Counted from the stretch's first letter, positions 1 to 10,506 are shown. The stretch is 64,000 nucleotides of DNA from an uncultured Mediterranea sp. (GCA_945831575.1 CAMACX010000006.1:3135-67134); one strand, 5' to 3'. Translations and numbers: made by a program. The notes: a model not told the origin generated them from the letters alone.

Positions 1-188
1 GCCCTTTCAAGCCGGGATTATCAGACACGAACTCAAATGATTACCGATGCAAAAAAACACTTTTTCGATGATTCAGACCAATAAAACCCACACTTTTTCT
101 ATGATTCACCCTCCAGCAGAGGCAAATTCATACCCTCGTATTCACATAGATTAAGCCAGGACCCCTTGGTAAACTCAGAGAAAAGTAG

Positions 189-196
189 TAACTTTG
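189..196 (+). promoter_or_regulatory. Bacteroidota -7 box TAacTTTG upstream of the SauUSI-like gene
   Basis: Exact TAnnTTTG match 28 nt before the ATG at 225. Confidence 0.45.
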
Positions 197-224
197 CTGA
201 AAGAAATAATGTAATCAAACAACC

Positions 225-3200
225 ATGAAACTTCAAGAAGGATCATACGAGAACCTTATCACACAACAATTGCAACAGGAGATTGAGCAAGCCAATATAA
301 ACGGACTCGTTTGTAAGAAAGACTCTATAGACACTGCTGAATCACCCTCGATGCTAGCAGGACATATTAACAGACTTATATGTAACAGGCTCTCTGATGA
401 GGAACTTTCAGCAGAAGAACGTGCTTCATTTGTCAACCGTCTCATCGAATTTCTGGGAGAAAACGACGAGGAGAAGATTGCTGATGAAAATCAGATATTG
501 GCTGCTGTAATATCTAGACAAGAGGAAGCCAACCTCATAGCTACCCGCAACAAGATAGTGAGACCCTTGACTGGATTTAGGACAAGCAGCTTGTTTACTG
601 GTGGACAGAGTGATATTCCCCTAAGCGCCGAAATAAGCAGAGACATCCAAACGGCAGACCGCATCTTTTTAATCGTATCCTTCCTCAGGCTGTCAGGCAT
701 CAATCTGATTTACGATGACTTGAAACGTTTCTGCAACCACCACGAGCACAAGCTATGCATCATTACCACGACCTACTGTGGAGTGACCGAACCAAAAGCA
801 CTAGAACGTCTTGCCCAATTACCCAATACAGAAATCCGAATCTCTTACAATACAGATATCGAAAGGCTTCATGCCAAAGCATATATCTTTGAAAGAAACT
901 CAGGATTCAGCACTGCCTACATCGGCTCTTCTAACCTATCTAAATCAGCACAAACAGATGGACTGGAATGGAACATCAGAGTGACCAACGTTGAAAATCC
1001 ACACATCATCAAAACCGCAATGGCAACTTTCGATCTCTACTGGAATAGCAACAACTTTGAGGATTTTAGACTCGGTGGTATCGATAAGTTTTACAAGGAA
1101 ATTGCAAGAGAAAAAAGACCTAAAGAGTGTAGAACTGAACTATGGAGCCGCTACACCATATTGCCTCATCAAAAAGAGATACTTGACAAGTTGACTCTTC
1201 AGCGAGAAAACGGCATCTACCGAAACCTCATCGTGGCAGCCACAGGTACAGGTAAGACCGTAATCTCCGCCTTCGACTACAAAACATTCTGCAACACACA
1301 TCCGCAATCCAACCATATCCTGTTTGTAGCCCATCGACAGGAAATACTGAGTCAAGCACTTTTTACTTATCGCAGCGTACTGATGGACAGTAATTTTGGA
1401 GAGCTATGGGTGGGTAATCAGCGACCTTCAAGAGGCATAAGCCAACTATTTGTCTCGGTGCAAACTTTTAATTCTCGCTTTGATGACATATTCAGCACCC
1501 TTTCGTCCGACTATTACCATTATATTGTCATCGACGAATGCCATCATAGTGTAGCCGATAGTTACCGTAAAATACTGTCCCACTTCAAGCCCGAACTTCT
1601 GATTGGACTGACAGCCACACCTGAGCGGATGGACGGTGAAAGTCTGTTGCCTGACTTTGACCAGACTATCAGCGCTGAAATCCGACTCACCGCTGCGCTC
1701 AATGCGCAACTACTCACCCCCTTCCAATACCTCTGCATTAGCGACACGACAGACCTAAGAGACGAAGAGTTAATGCAAGGTAATAAATATATTGCAACAA
1801 AGCTCACTGATAGATTATGCAATAGCGAGCGAGTAGCACTCATCATTGATAGGCTGACGTATTACCTGCCTGATGAGACCAAGTGTAAAGCATTAGGATT
1901 CTGCTCAACTAAAGAGCACGCCCGATACATGGCTGAGCAATTTCGGTCTTATGGCTTTCGAGCAGATTATCTTACATCCGACAGAAGCGAAGATCGAGAT
2001 ATGCTGAACAAGAAGTTGGCCAGAGGAGAAATCAACTACCTGTTTGTGGTTGACATCTTCAACGAAGGAGTCGATATACCCGAGGTAGATACCGTTCTCT
2101 TCCTACGCCCTACCGAATCGCTCACCATCTTCCTACAACAATTAGGACGCGGTTTGCGACTTGCGCCAGGCAAAGAGCTGCTCACCGTATTTGACTTTGT
2201 GGCCCAACTCAATCACAAATACGACTTCACCAGCCGCTTTCGCAGCCTCATGGTGCGACAAGACAAGAGTGTCATCGACCAAGTGAAACAGGGCTTCACC
2301 CTCCTACCTCAAGGATGCTCCATTCATATGGAAGAAAAAGCACAGCAGTATGTACTCGAAAATATTCAGTCGGCCATCTACAATCGCCGACGTCTGGTGC
2401 AAGAGCTCAGAACGTACGATCACCAACCCACACTCAAAGAGTTCATCGCAAACAATGGACAGGACATTCGACTGATCTACAAGACCGGCTGCTGGACCAG
2501 CTTGAAACGAGAAGCAGGCCTATGTCACTATAACGATGATGAGTGCACTAAAAGATACGAAAAAGGGCTCTCCAACCTCCTGCATACCAACAGCGCAACC
2601 TACCTCCACTTCATTCAGGATACGCTCAACCATCTCCAACCTCAATACATCAGCAAGCAAAACGACACATACACCACCATGCTCTACTACACGCTCTATA
2701 TCGATAAATTAGAAAAGACACCATTCCACTCCCGAGAAGAAGCCATAGCAACGCTCCGTAACTATCCACTCTTTATTTCCGAAATTAAAGAATTGGTAGA
2801 TTATCAGCTGTCTCAGATTGCAATCAAAACCTTCACCATTGGCCAAGGCCTGCCCGACACGCTCGAACAGTACGGTTGCTATACCCGAAAAGAAGTGTTC
2901 ACCATCTTTGGACGTCAGACGGTCAATAAACGCATGCAAGGTATCTCAGCCGGTGTATTCAAAATCGATGAACTGAATACAGAACTTCTATTCGTTACAC
3001 TGAATAAATCAGACAAAGACTACTCTCCTTCTACCCAATACGATGACTATGTAGTGAGCGAATTTCAGTTTCATTGGCAGTCACAAAAATCCGATTCGCA
3101 CGCAAACAAAGGACGTCGTTTTGCGGAACAGGCCAAGAATAAGAAGAAGTTTCTCCTATTCGTTAGAGAATACAAACAAGATGGGTTTGGCAACACCTGT

Positions 3201-3314
3201 CCCTTCTACTGTTTCGGACTAGTGGATTACATCTCTTCTACCGGTGACAAGCCTATGAGTATCAATTGGAGAATGCAACAGCGTATCCTTCCACAGTTCC
3301 TCAAAATCGTCTAA
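225..3314 (+). CDS. SauUSI-like three-domain protein (PLD-family nuclease, SF2 DEAH-type helicase, DUF3427-like C-terminal domain). Putative type IV modification-dependent restriction endonuclease.
   Basis: 1029-aa ORF. HKD-like motif HAKAYIFE...GSSNLS. Helicase motifs AATGTGKT (I), DECHH (II), LTATPER (III) and QQLGRGLR (VI). About 300 aa follow the helicase. Visibly lower GC than the following genes. Confidence 0.8.
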   Translation: MKLQEGSYENLITQQLQQEIEQANINGLVCKKDSIDTAESPSMLAGHINRLICNRLSDEELSAEERASFVNRLIEFLGENDEEKIADENQILAAVISRQEEANLIATRNKIVRPLTGFRTSSLFTGGQSDIPLSAEISRDIQTADRIFLIVSFLRLSGINLIYDDLKRFCNHHEHKLCIITTTYCGVTEPKALERLAQLPNTEIRISYNTDIERLHAKAYIFERNSGFSTAYIGSSNLSKSAQTDGLEWNIRVTNVENPHIIKTAMATFDLYWNSNNFEDFRLGGIDKFYKEIAREKRPKECRTELWSRYTILPHQKEILDKLTLQRENGIYRNLIVAATGTGKTVISAFDYKTFCNTHPQSNHILFVAHRQEILSQALFTYRSVLMDSNFGELWVGNQRPSRGISQLFVSVQTFNSRFDDIFSTLSSDYYHYIVIDECHHSVADSYRKILSHFKPELLIGLTATPERMDGESLLPDFDQTISAEIRLTAALNAQLLTPFQYLCISDTTDLRDEELMQGNKYIATKLTDRLCNSERVALIIDRLTYYLPDETKCKALGFCSTKEHARYMAEQFRSYGFRADYLTSDRSEDRDMLNKKLARGEINYLFVVDIFNEGVDIPEVDTVLFLRPTESLTIFLQQLGRGLRLAPGKELLTVFDFVAQLNHKYDFTSRFRSLMVRQDKSVIDQVKQGFTLLPQGCSIHMEEKAQQYVLENIQSAIYNRRRLVQELRTYDHQPTLKEFIANNGQDIRLIYKTGCWTSLKREAGLCHYNDDECTKRYEKGLSNLLHTNSATYLHFIQDTLNHLQPQYISKQNDTYTTMLYYTLYIDKLEKTPFHSREEAIATLRNYPLFISEIKELVDYQLSQIAIKTFTIGQGLPDTLEQYGCYTRKEVFTIFGRQTVNKRMQGISAGVFKIDELNTELLFVTLNKSDKDYSPSTQYDDYVVSEFQFHWQSQKSDSHANKGRRFAEQAKNKKKFLLFVREYKQDGFGNTCPFYCFGLVDYISSTGDKPMSINWRMQQRILPQFLKIV

Positions 3315-3344
3315 TCTATAACTACAGAAGCTGTTAATTAACAA

Positions 3345-3788
3345 TCAGAACAGCCGCAGCCCGCGGCACGCCATCTGGCTCCAGGCGGAGCGACCATCGT
3401 GGCGGATCTGCAGCACGCCCCACCAGATGGCGATGCCCACCAGCGAGGAGACGGACTGCACGGGATGGAGGTCGAGCATCGTGGTGTTGACTGCCAAGGC
3501 AACCAGCGAGGAGACGATGAAGAGGTAGAAGCCGCTCTTGTTCCACCGCATGAGCAGCAGCGCAGCATAGACGTTGCAGGCACCGAGCAGGGCCAGCAGC
3601 GCAACAGCCGCCACGGGCAACTGGGGGTCGGCATCGACAAGCGATACCAGGTACTGCAACGTGACACCGGCATTGATGAGCAACACCAACCAAAGCCAGA
3701 AGGTGACACAGCCGTGGCGCTGCCGTAACTCATCGTGCATTGTACAATTCGCTTCAGCATTCATATCAGTATGCATATCAGTATGCAT
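3345..3788 (-). CDS. Small integral membrane protein, function unknown (about 4 TM segments)
   Basis: Of three overlapping ORFs here, only this frame gives hydrophobic helices (FWLWLVLLINAGV, AAVALLALLGACNVYAALLL, FYLFIVSSLVALAV, LVGIAIWWGVL). The start is uncertain: the MHTDMHTD prefix comes from a 12-bp duplication, and an internal Met at 3740 is possible. Confidence 0.6.
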   Translation of the reverse strand: MHTDMHTDMNAEANCTMHDELRQRHGCVTFWLWLVLLINAGVTLQYLVSLVDADPQLPVAAVALLALLGACNVYAALLLMRWNKSGFYLFIVSSLVALAVNTTMLDLHPVQSVSSLVGIAIWWGVLQIRHDGRSAWSQMACRGLRLF

Positions 3789-3832
3789 ATTCGGTATTCA
3801 TATCACTATTCAAGTCACCCATGCGCAGCACC

Positions 3833-5347
3833 TCAGAGTTTGACCTTCTTCTTGACTGACCGGGACTCGTTGTGGAGACGGTCGAGGGCGGTGACGACGT
3901 AGGTGTACTTGGTCTTGCCGTCGCGGTAAGGCAGCTTGTAGAAGGTGTTGGGCGTAAGGGCCACGAGGTGGGTGGCATCGTTGATATCGACCTGCTCGCC
4001 CTCCTCGAAGCGGTAGATGGCGTAGTGGACGGCACGGTCCATCTCCGTGCGGTACTTGGGAGCGGTCCAGAAGAGCACGTAGCCATCCTCCATCCAGAGG
4101 GGTTTCACCTTGCTCACCTTGCCGGGGGCCTTGTGGTCCATGAAGTAATAGACGGGCGGAATGGCGGGATAGCGGTGGTACTCGGCACGCAGGACCTCGG
4201 CGTAATTGCCGGCATTCTCCACCACGGCGGAGGCGGGCCACTGGCAACTGCCTTCGATGGTCTGGTAAGCACGCTGCAGCTTCATCTTGGCAGCAATCTG
4301 ACTCTGCTCAGGATGCTGCGGGTCGGCATGTTGCACGGTGTTCATCACCGACTGACCGATGTAGAGGGGTCGTCCCTCGGTGTGCTTGGCCCACCAATCC
4401 ACCAGCTCGGCATAGTCGGCTGCGGGATGGCCTATCTGCCAATAGATCTGCGGGATGTTGTAGTCAATCCATCCCTCCCGGGCCCAGAGGAGCACATCGG
4501 CATAGAGGTCATCGTAGTTCTGCAAGCCGTTGGTCTTGCTGCCCAGCGGGTCGCTCTTCTCGTTGCGGTAGATGCCGAAAGGCGACACGCCAAACTTCAC
4601 CCAGGGCTTGACCTCGCGCACGGTCTCGTGTATCTTCTTGATGAGCAGGTTGACGTTGCTGCGGCGCCAGTCGGCCTTGCTGTCGAAGCCACGGCCGTAG
4701 CGGGCAAAGCTGTCCTCATCGGGAAAATCGAGTCCCTTCTGCGGATAGGGATAGAAGTAGTCATCCATGTGGATGGCATCCACGTCGTAGCGGGTCAGGA
4801 TGTCGGTGATGACCATGCAGATGTGACGACGGCTCTCGGGCAGCGCAGGGTCGAAGAAGAGTTGGTTGCCATAGGTCACGAACATCTCGGGATGGAGGTG
4901 GTAGAGGTGGCCGGGAGCCAGCTCATTGGATAGCGAGGTCTTGACGCGGTAGGGATTAATCCAGGCATGAAACTCCATGCAGCGCTTGTGGCACTCCTCG
5001 ATCATGAACTGCATCGGGTCCCACATGGGCTCAGGGGCCTTGCCCTGCTCCCCCGTGAGGAAGCGGCTCCACGGCTCCAGCTGGGAAGCGTAGAGCGCAT
5101 CGGCCTCCGGACGTACCTGGAAGATGATGGCATTGATGCCGGCCCGCTGCAAGGCGTTGAGCTGAGACACCAGGTTCTGCCGCATCGCCTCGGGGGCCAT
5201 GCCCTTAAACTGGCCGTTGACGCACTGGATCCAGGCGGCACGAAATTCGCGTTTGGGATAGCGCTGACTGTTATCCTGAGCCTTCAAGCCACCGCCCAGC
5301 GCCAGACAGAGGCAAGCCCACAACATGATGATTACGGTTCTTCTCAT
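3833..5347 (-). CDS. Secreted glycoside-hydrolase-like family 10 (GHL10/DUF187, YngK-like) protein
   Basis: 504-aa ORF with an N-terminal signal peptide. REFRAAWIQ start of a TIM-barrel-like domain, typical of GHL10 proteins. Confidence 0.7.
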   Translation of the reverse strand: MRRTVIIMLWACLCLALGGGLKAQDNSQRYPKREFRAAWIQCVNGQFKGMAPEAMRQNLVSQLNALQRAGINAIIFQVRPEADALYASQLEPWSRFLTGEQGKAPEPMWDPMQFMIEECHKRCMEFHAWINPYRVKTSLSNELAPGHLYHLHPEMFVTYGNQLFFDPALPESRRHICMVITDILTRYDVDAIHMDDYFYPYPQKGLDFPDEDSFARYGRGFDSKADWRRSNVNLLIKKIHETVREVKPWVKFGVSPFGIYRNEKSDPLGSKTNGLQNYDDLYADVLLWAREGWIDYNIPQIYWQIGHPAADYAELVDWWAKHTEGRPLYIGQSVMNTVQHADPQHPEQSQIAAKMKLQRAYQTIEGSCQWPASAVVENAGNYAEVLRAEYHRYPAIPPVYYFMDHKAPGKVSKVKPLWMEDGYVLFWTAPKYRTEMDRAVHYAIYRFEEGEQVDINDATHLVALTPNTFYKLPYRDGKTKYTYVVTALDRLHNESRSVKKKVKL

Positions 5348-5425
5348 GATTTGCTTTTCCTATATACTCTATATTCTATTCTAATAATCTATCCGATTTG
5401 GCTATACGTTGCCTATTATTGAGTA

Positions 5426-5433
5426 CAAAAGTA
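5426..5433 (-). promoter_or_regulatory. -7 box TActTTTG (minus strand) upstream of the GHL10 gene
   Basis: The plus strand reads CAAAAGTA, 78 nt upstream of the ATG at 5347. Confidence 0.35.
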
Positions 5434-5495
5434 CAAACGGAGGGCGGAATAGCGAAATAGTTGGCCAATAATTTTAGTTAAAAGAAGATTTTCAC

Positions 5496-5503
5496 TACAT
5501 TTG
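5496..5503 (+). promoter_or_regulatory. -7 box TAcaTTTG upstream of the lactonase gene
   Basis: Exact TAnnTTTG match 26 nt before the ATG at 5530. Confidence 0.45.
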
Positions 5504-5529
5504 CAGCAGATTTTTAAATCCATTAATCC

Positions 5530-6684
5530 ATGCTTAAGACCATGAACAGCCATCCATTCCAGCACATGATACTGGCTGCCGCAGTAGCAGCCAGCACCTG
5601 TATGGGCACTATGGGATGCTCCCACAAGCCCGCAACCTCATCCGACAGCAACGAGCAGCTCATGCTCGTAGGGACCTACACCAATGCCGGCTCAGAGGGG
5701 ATCTACTCCCTGCGATTCAACCAATCCAACGCCGAATGGCAACTGCTCGACTCGGCCCACGTAAGCAACCCATCGTTTCTGGCCATCGACCCGGCACGGG
5801 CGCTGATCTACTCAGTAAGCGAGGACGGCGGACCTAAAGACGCCCTGGTCCTGCTGGCACTCAACCCCTCCACGGGTGCCATGCAGCTGAAGGGGAGCTG
5901 GGAGACCAAGGGCGCTGCGCCATGCTACGTCAGCTTCAGCCCCCATGCCACCGTCACTGCCAACTACACGGGCGGTTCGCTCAGCCTTTTCCCGCTGGAC
6001 GACCAGGGGGTACCGGCCCCGCTGGAGGCGCTCTTCCCCGGTGAATGCACCCACAGCGACCCCGAGCGTCAGGAGGCTCCCCACGTGCATTGCGCACACT
6101 TCTCGCCCGATGGCCGCTACCTCTTTGCCACCGACTTCAGCAGCGACCGCCTGCTGCGCTTTGCCGTCAACGAGACCACTCCGCTGCTCTCACAGCCTCA
6201 GGTGGCTGCAACCATCGAAGCAGGCAGCGGACCGCGCCACCTGACCTTCGCGCCCGACGGACGACACGCCTACCTGATCAGCGAACTGAGTGGCATGGTG
6301 CATTGCTTCGACTATCAGGCGGACCGGGGTGAACTCAACCTCAAACAGGTCATCGAGACGGACTCCGTCCATGCCCGAGGCAGTGCGCACATCCTGCTCA
6401 GCCCCGACGGTCGCTTCCTCTACGCCTCCAATCGCCTGGAGCACGAGGGCATCGCCATCTTTGCCGTGAGTCCCACCGACGGCACGCTGACTCCTGCAGG
6501 CTACCAGCTGACGGGCCGCCACCCACGCCACTTCGCCCTCACCCCCAACGGACGCTACCTGCTGGCTGCCTGCCGCGACAGCAACAGCATCGAGATCTAC
6601 CTGCGCGATGCCTCCACTGGAGCGCTCACTCCCACAGGAAAAGTCATCCCGCTCAGCAAACCGGTCTTCGTGGGATGGTTTTAG
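5530..6684 (+). CDS. Lactonase family protein (6-phosphogluconolactonase-like 7-bladed beta-propeller), probable lipoprotein
   Basis: 384-aa ORF with repeated propeller-blade pattern (GPRHLTFAPDGRHAY, SPDGRFLYASN, HPRHFALTPNGRYLLAA). Signal peptide with Cys (MGTMGC). Confidence 0.75.
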   Translation: MLKTMNSHPFQHMILAAAVAASTCMGTMGCSHKPATSSDSNEQLMLVGTYTNAGSEGIYSLRFNQSNAEWQLLDSAHVSNPSFLAIDPARALIYSVSEDGGPKDALVLLALNPSTGAMQLKGSWETKGAAPCYVSFSPHATVTANYTGGSLSLFPLDDQGVPAPLEALFPGECTHSDPERQEAPHVHCAHFSPDGRYLFATDFSSDRLLRFAVNETTPLLSQPQVAATIEAGSGPRHLTFAPDGRHAYLISELSGMVHCFDYQADRGELNLKQVIETDSVHARGSAHILLSPDGRFLYASNRLEHEGIAIFAVSPTDGTLTPAGYQLTGRHPRHFALTPNGRYLLAACRDSNSIEIYLRDASTGALTPTGKVIPLSKPVFVGWF

Positions 6685-6727
6685 TTAATTATAACTAATG
6701 AAAAGGCGAACCAACAGATAACTTCGC

Positions 6728-6735
6728 TACATTTG
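6728..6735 (+). promoter_or_regulatory. -7 box TAcaTTTG upstream of the 6844 ORF
   Basis: Exact TAnnTTTG match about 108 nt upstream of the first ATG. Confidence 0.35.
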
Positions 6736-6843
6736 TAAGACGCTAAGGGGAATCCCTGGCAGAATGAGAGGCTAACAGGCTGATTATTCATACAATAATT
6801 AACAATACAAAGATCATTCAATAAGCATACATTGACTATTCAA

Positions 6844-7971
6844 ATGATACGAAGCATCATGAGACAAAGAAATCTGGTTTTCAACAAGGATAAGAGACTG
6901 ACACACTGCCTCCTGGCCACAGGGGCCACGCTGCTGCTCGCCACGTCGGCCCTGGCTCAGACGGAGGTGACCGTGGGGGTGATGCGAGGCAAAGAGTATG
7001 GTGTTACCTACATGCTGCCCCGCACAGAGATTGAGATCATGCTTCAGGTGACACGCCACAGCTATACGCCGGGCGAATACTGCAAATATGCGGAGCAATA
7101 CCTGCATCTCACGGACGTGAAGCCCAATGCCAGCGTCAACTACACCCTGGACAAGGTGACGATGCGCCCCATAGGAGTGCCTGACAAGGAGCATATCTAC
7201 TTCGTCAAACTGCGCGACAAGACAGTGGCCCCGCTGATGGAGCTGACCGAGGAGGGCATCGTGCGCTCCATCAACATGCCTTTCAGTGGAACAAAGGCTG
7301 AGAGCAACCAGCCGAACAGCCCCACCACCGCTCCTGCTGAAGAGACGCTTGACCCGCGCAGCTTCCTGACGCAGGACATCCTGATGGCCAGCTCCAATGC
7401 CAAACGGGCTGAGCTGGTGGCCAAGGAGATCTACGACATCCGAGACAGCCGCAACGCCCTGCTGCGTGGCGAGGCGGACAACATGCCGCAGGACGGTGCT
7501 CAGCTGAAGCTGATGCTCGACAACCTCAACCGCCAGGAGCAGGCCATGACGGAGATGTTTGCAGGCCACGTGGAGAAGGTTACCGAGCAGATTCCGGTGC
7601 GTGTGCCTGTCAAAGAGACCAAGGGACAGGTGGCCTTCCGCTTCTCGCATCATCTGGGTCTGGTGGATGGAGAGAACCTGGCCGGAGAGCCCTACACGCT
7701 CGTAGTGACCAACCTCAACCCGTCGATGAGTGCCCCACTCACCGAAGAGGAGCGAAAGAAGCAGCTGGATGGGGTGGCCTACAACGTACCCGGAAGGGCC
7801 CGTGTGCAACTGATCTACCGTGGAGAGGTACTCTATGACCAGGAGCTCTCCATAGCCCAATTTGGTACGCGGGAATACCTGGCTCCCGTCCTCTTCAATA
7901 AGACCACAACCACCAAGGTACTGTTTGATGTCAACACGGGCGGCATCATCAAAGTGGACCGTGGAGAATAG
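6844..7971 (+). CDS. Secreted protein of unknown function (resembles the Bacteroidota DUF4831 family)
   Basis: The ORF-track frame is 6832..7971. The first ATG is at 6844 and a signal peptide ends ALAQTE. The family name is from memory only. A rho-independent terminator follows. Confidence 0.7.
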   Translation: MIRSIMRQRNLVFNKDKRLTHCLLATGATLLLATSALAQTEVTVGVMRGKEYGVTYMLPRTEIEIMLQVTRHSYTPGEYCKYAEQYLHLTDVKPNASVNYTLDKVTMRPIGVPDKEHIYFVKLRDKTVAPLMELTEEGIVRSINMPFSGTKAESNQPNSPTTAPAEETLDPRSFLTQDILMASSNAKRAELVAKEIYDIRDSRNALLRGEADNMPQDGAQLKLMLDNLNRQEQAMTEMFAGHVEKVTEQIPVRVPVKETKGQVAFRFSHHLGLVDGENLAGEPYTLVVTNLNPSMSAPLTEEERKKQLDGVAYNVPGRARVQLIYRGEVLYDQELSIAQFGTREYLAPVLFNKTTTTKVLFDVNTGGIIKVDRGE

Positions 7972-7997
7972 CCGCCCTACCGGAACCATAAAAAAGA

Positions 7998-8039
7998 AGG
8001 AGGCCCTCACCGCACATCGGGGGGCCTCCTCTTTTTTTT
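7998..8039 (+). terminator. Rho-independent terminator after the 6844..7971 gene
   Basis: 9-bp GC-rich stem AGGAGGCCC / GGGCCTCCT followed by T8. Confidence 0.7.
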
Positions 8040-8045
8040 ATCTAA

Positions 8046-8101
8046 TGCCTACTGACAGGCATCTATTCTGCCTAGAGATTTTGCCTACTAACAGGCATCT
8101 A
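8046..8101. repeat. Two copies of a 20-bp hairpin-forming repeat TGCCTACTRACAGGCATCTA
   Basis: Copies at 8046..8065 and 8082..8101, each with a TGCCT/AGGCA stem. They lie between convergent genes. Confidence 0.6.
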
Positions 8102-8117
8102 CAAGGTCTGTTTTTAC

Positions 8118-9455
8118 TTACAGGCGGGCGCGGATGGCCTTGCTGGCCTCCTCGTAGCCGGGCTTGTTGAGCAGGGCAAACATGTTCTTCTTGTAAGCCT
8201 CTACACCGGGCTGGTTGAAGGGGTTCACACCGAGCAGGTAGCCACTGATACCGCAGGCACGCTCGAAGAAGTACATCAGCGAACCGATAGCCTCTTCGGT
8301 CAGAGCGGGAATCACCACGCGCATGTTGGGCACACCACCATCCACGTGAGCCAGCTGTGTGCCAAGCTCAGCCATCTTGTTGACCTCATCCACATGCTTG
8401 CCGGCCAGGAAGTTGAGTCCATCCAGATTCTCTGCATCGCTGGGTACCGTGAGGCTGTGGTTCACCTTCTCTACAGAGATGACCGTCTCGTAGATGGTGC
8501 GCTCACCCTCCTGGATCCACTGGCCCATGGAGTGCAGGTCGGTCGAGAAATCGACAGCTGCGGGGAAGATACCCTTGCCGTCCTTACCCTCTGACTCACC
8601 ATAGAGCTGCTTCCACCACTCGCTCACGTAGTGGAGTTTGGGGTTGAAGTTGACCAGAATCTCAATCTTCTTGCCCTGCTTATAGAGTTCGTTGCGCGTA
8701 GCGGCGTAGATGGCTGCGGGGTTCTCCTCAAAAGCCACGTCGGCACCGCACTTCTTCTCCATGGCAGCAGCACCAGCTACCAAGGCACGGATGTCATAAC
8801 CGGCCACAGCAATGGGCAGCAGGCCTACCGGAGTCAGCACAGAGAAGCGACCGCCCACGTTGTCGGGGATGACGAAGGTCTTGTAACCCTCCTTGTCGGC
8901 CGTGACACGGGCAGCACCCTTCTTGGCATCCGTAACGGCTACGATCACCTTGCGGGCCTCCTCCTTGCCAAGCTGGCGCTCGCACTGCTCACGCAATAGG
9001 CGGAAAGCCAGTGCCGTCTCGGTCGTCGTGCCCGACTTGGAGATATTGATGATACCAAACTTCTTATCCTTCAAGTAGTCTGTCAGTTCGTAGAGGTAAT
9101 CCTCACCGATATTATGACCTGCGAAGAGGATCACAGGACCATTCTTCTTTTCACGGAGCCAAGCAAAGCTGTCGCTCAGGGCTTCGATCACGGCACGCGC
9201 ACCGAGGTAGCTGCCGCCGATACCAGCCACAATCACCACCTCACAGTTCTCACGCAGCACCTTGGCAGTAGCCTCCAGGTCAGCGAGGTGTTCTTCGGTT
9301 ATCGAAGAAGGCAGGTGGAGCCAACCTAAGAAATCGTTACCAAGACCTGTACCATTCTCCAATGCTTCCTGAGCAGCCTTAACCTGCTCCTTGTAAGCCT
9401 CCAAGCTCTCTTTACCGATAAAGCTCAGACTTTTTTCAATGTTCAACTGTACCAT
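8118..9455 (-). CDS. pgi: Glucose-6-phosphate isomerase
   Basis: 445-aa ORF with conserved PGI blocks ([35 protein letters not shown]). Confidence 0.95.
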   Translation of the reverse strand: MVQLNIEKSLSFIGKESLEAYKEQVKAAQEALENGTGLGNDFLGWLHLPSSITEEHLADLEATAKVLRENCEVVIVAGIGGSYLGARAVIEALSDSFAWLREKKNGPVILFAGHNIGEDYLYELTDYLKDKKFGIINISKSGTTTETALAFRLLREQCERQLGKEEARKVIVAVTDAKKGAARVTADKEGYKTFVIPDNVGGRFSVLTPVGLLPIAVAGYDIRALVAGAAAMEKKCGADVAFEENPAAIYAATRNELYKQGKKIEILVNFNPKLHYVSEWWKQLYGESEGKDGKGIFPAAVDFSTDLHSMGQWIQEGERTIYETVISVEKVNHSLTVPSDAENLDGLNFLAGKHVDEVNKMAELGTQLAHVDGGVPNMRVVIPALTEEAIGSLMYFFERACGISGYLLGVNPFNQPGVEAYKKNMFALLNKPGYEEASKAIRARL

Positions 9456-9490
9456 ATTTTTGAGTTTATATGTGTTTTAAAATGTATCAC

Positions 9491-9513
9491 TTGTAGCTTG
9501 TAGCTCGTAGCTA
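9491..9513. repeat. Three heptamers TTGTAGC TTGTAGC TCGTAGC running into the gpsA stop codon
   Basis: Direct reading. Same motif family as the arrays at 12470 and 45892. Confidence 0.8.
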
Positions 9514-10506
9514 TCTAAACGAGTCCGTGAGCAGCTTGATCTCGATGGTGGGAGAGATGCGCTCGTACAGGATGTTATACACCGCATCCACGATGGGCAT
9601 GTTGACGTGGTAGTGCTTATTGATCTCCTTGATGCACTTGGTGCCGTAATAGCCCTCGGCAATCATCTCCATCTCAATCTGGGCACTCTTCACGCTGTAA
9701 CCCTTACCAATCATCGTACCAAACGTACGGTTGCGGCTGAAGTTACTGTAGCCCGTCACGAGCAGGTCACCGAGATAGACCGACTCGGCCACGTTGCGCT
9801 CCAAGGGATGCACGGTCTGCAGGAAGCGGTTCATCTCCTGGATGGCGTTGCTCATCAGAACAGCCTGGAAGTTGTCGCCGTACTTGAGTCCGCTGCAGAT
9901 ACCCGCCGCAATGGCATAGACATTCTTGAGCACCGAGCTGTACTCGATACCGGCCACGTCGTTGCTCACCGAGGTCTTGATGTACGCCCCGGAGAGGTGA
10001 CGCGCCACGGCTGCCGCCTTCTCCGTGTCCGTACAGCCGATGGTGAGGTACGACAGGCGCTCCAGAGCCACCTCCTCAGCATGGCAAGGTCCGGCCACTA
10101 CGGCAATGTTCTCAGGCGGTACGCCGTACTCCTTGGTGAAGTACTCCGACACAATCACATTGTCATCGGGCACGATACCCTTGATGGCCGTGATGATGAA
10201 TTTGTCCTTAATCTTGGTACGCAGCTTCTTGAGATGCGACTTGAGATAAGGAGACGGAGTGACAAAAATCAGCGTGTCCGACTGCTTCACCACGTCGTTG
10301 ATGTTGGAGTTGAAGTTGATGCGCTTGACGTCAAACTTCACACTCGTGAGATAAGCGGGGTTGTGCCCCAGCCGCTTGAAGTCAGCAATCCGGTCGTCAC
10401 GGCGCATGTACCAGTTGATGGATTCGGATTGTCCCAAAACCATCTTGGCAATGGCCGTAGCCCAACTGCCACCTCCCATTATGGCTATCTTTCCCGGTAG
10501 TTTCAT
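9511..10506 (-). CDS. gpsA: NAD(P)H-dependent glycerol-3-phosphate dehydrogenase
   Basis: 331-aa ORF. N-terminal Rossmann motif [10 protein letters not shown] and a GpsA-like C-terminal domain. Overlaps the lysS stop by 4 nt. Confidence 0.9.
   Translation of the reverse strand: MKLPGKIAIMGGGSWATAIAKMVLGQSESINWYMRRDDRIADFKRLGHNPAYLTSVKFDVKRINFNSNINDVVKQSDTLIFVTPSPYLKSHLKKLRTKIKDKFIITAIKGIVPDDNVIVSEYFTKEYGVPPENIAVVAGPCHAEEVALERLSYLTIGCTDTEKAAAVARHLSGAYIKTSVSNDVAGIEYSSVLKNVYAIAAGICSGLKYGDNFQAVLMSNAIQEMNRFLQTVHPLERNVAESVYLGDLLVTGYSNFSRNRTFGTMIGKGYSVKSAQIEMEMIAEGYYGTKCIKEINKHYHVNMPIVDAVYNILYERISPTIEIKLLTDSFR

Noticed and set aside
3334-3843. Four overlapping ORFs (3334..3693, 3338..3760, 3399..3728 plus strand, 3574..3843 plus strand) compete with the membrane-protein frame.
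   Set aside because: Only the 3345..3788 frame yields regular hydrophobic helices. The others give Cys/Arg/Pro-rich nonsense typical of off-frames in GC-rich DNA.
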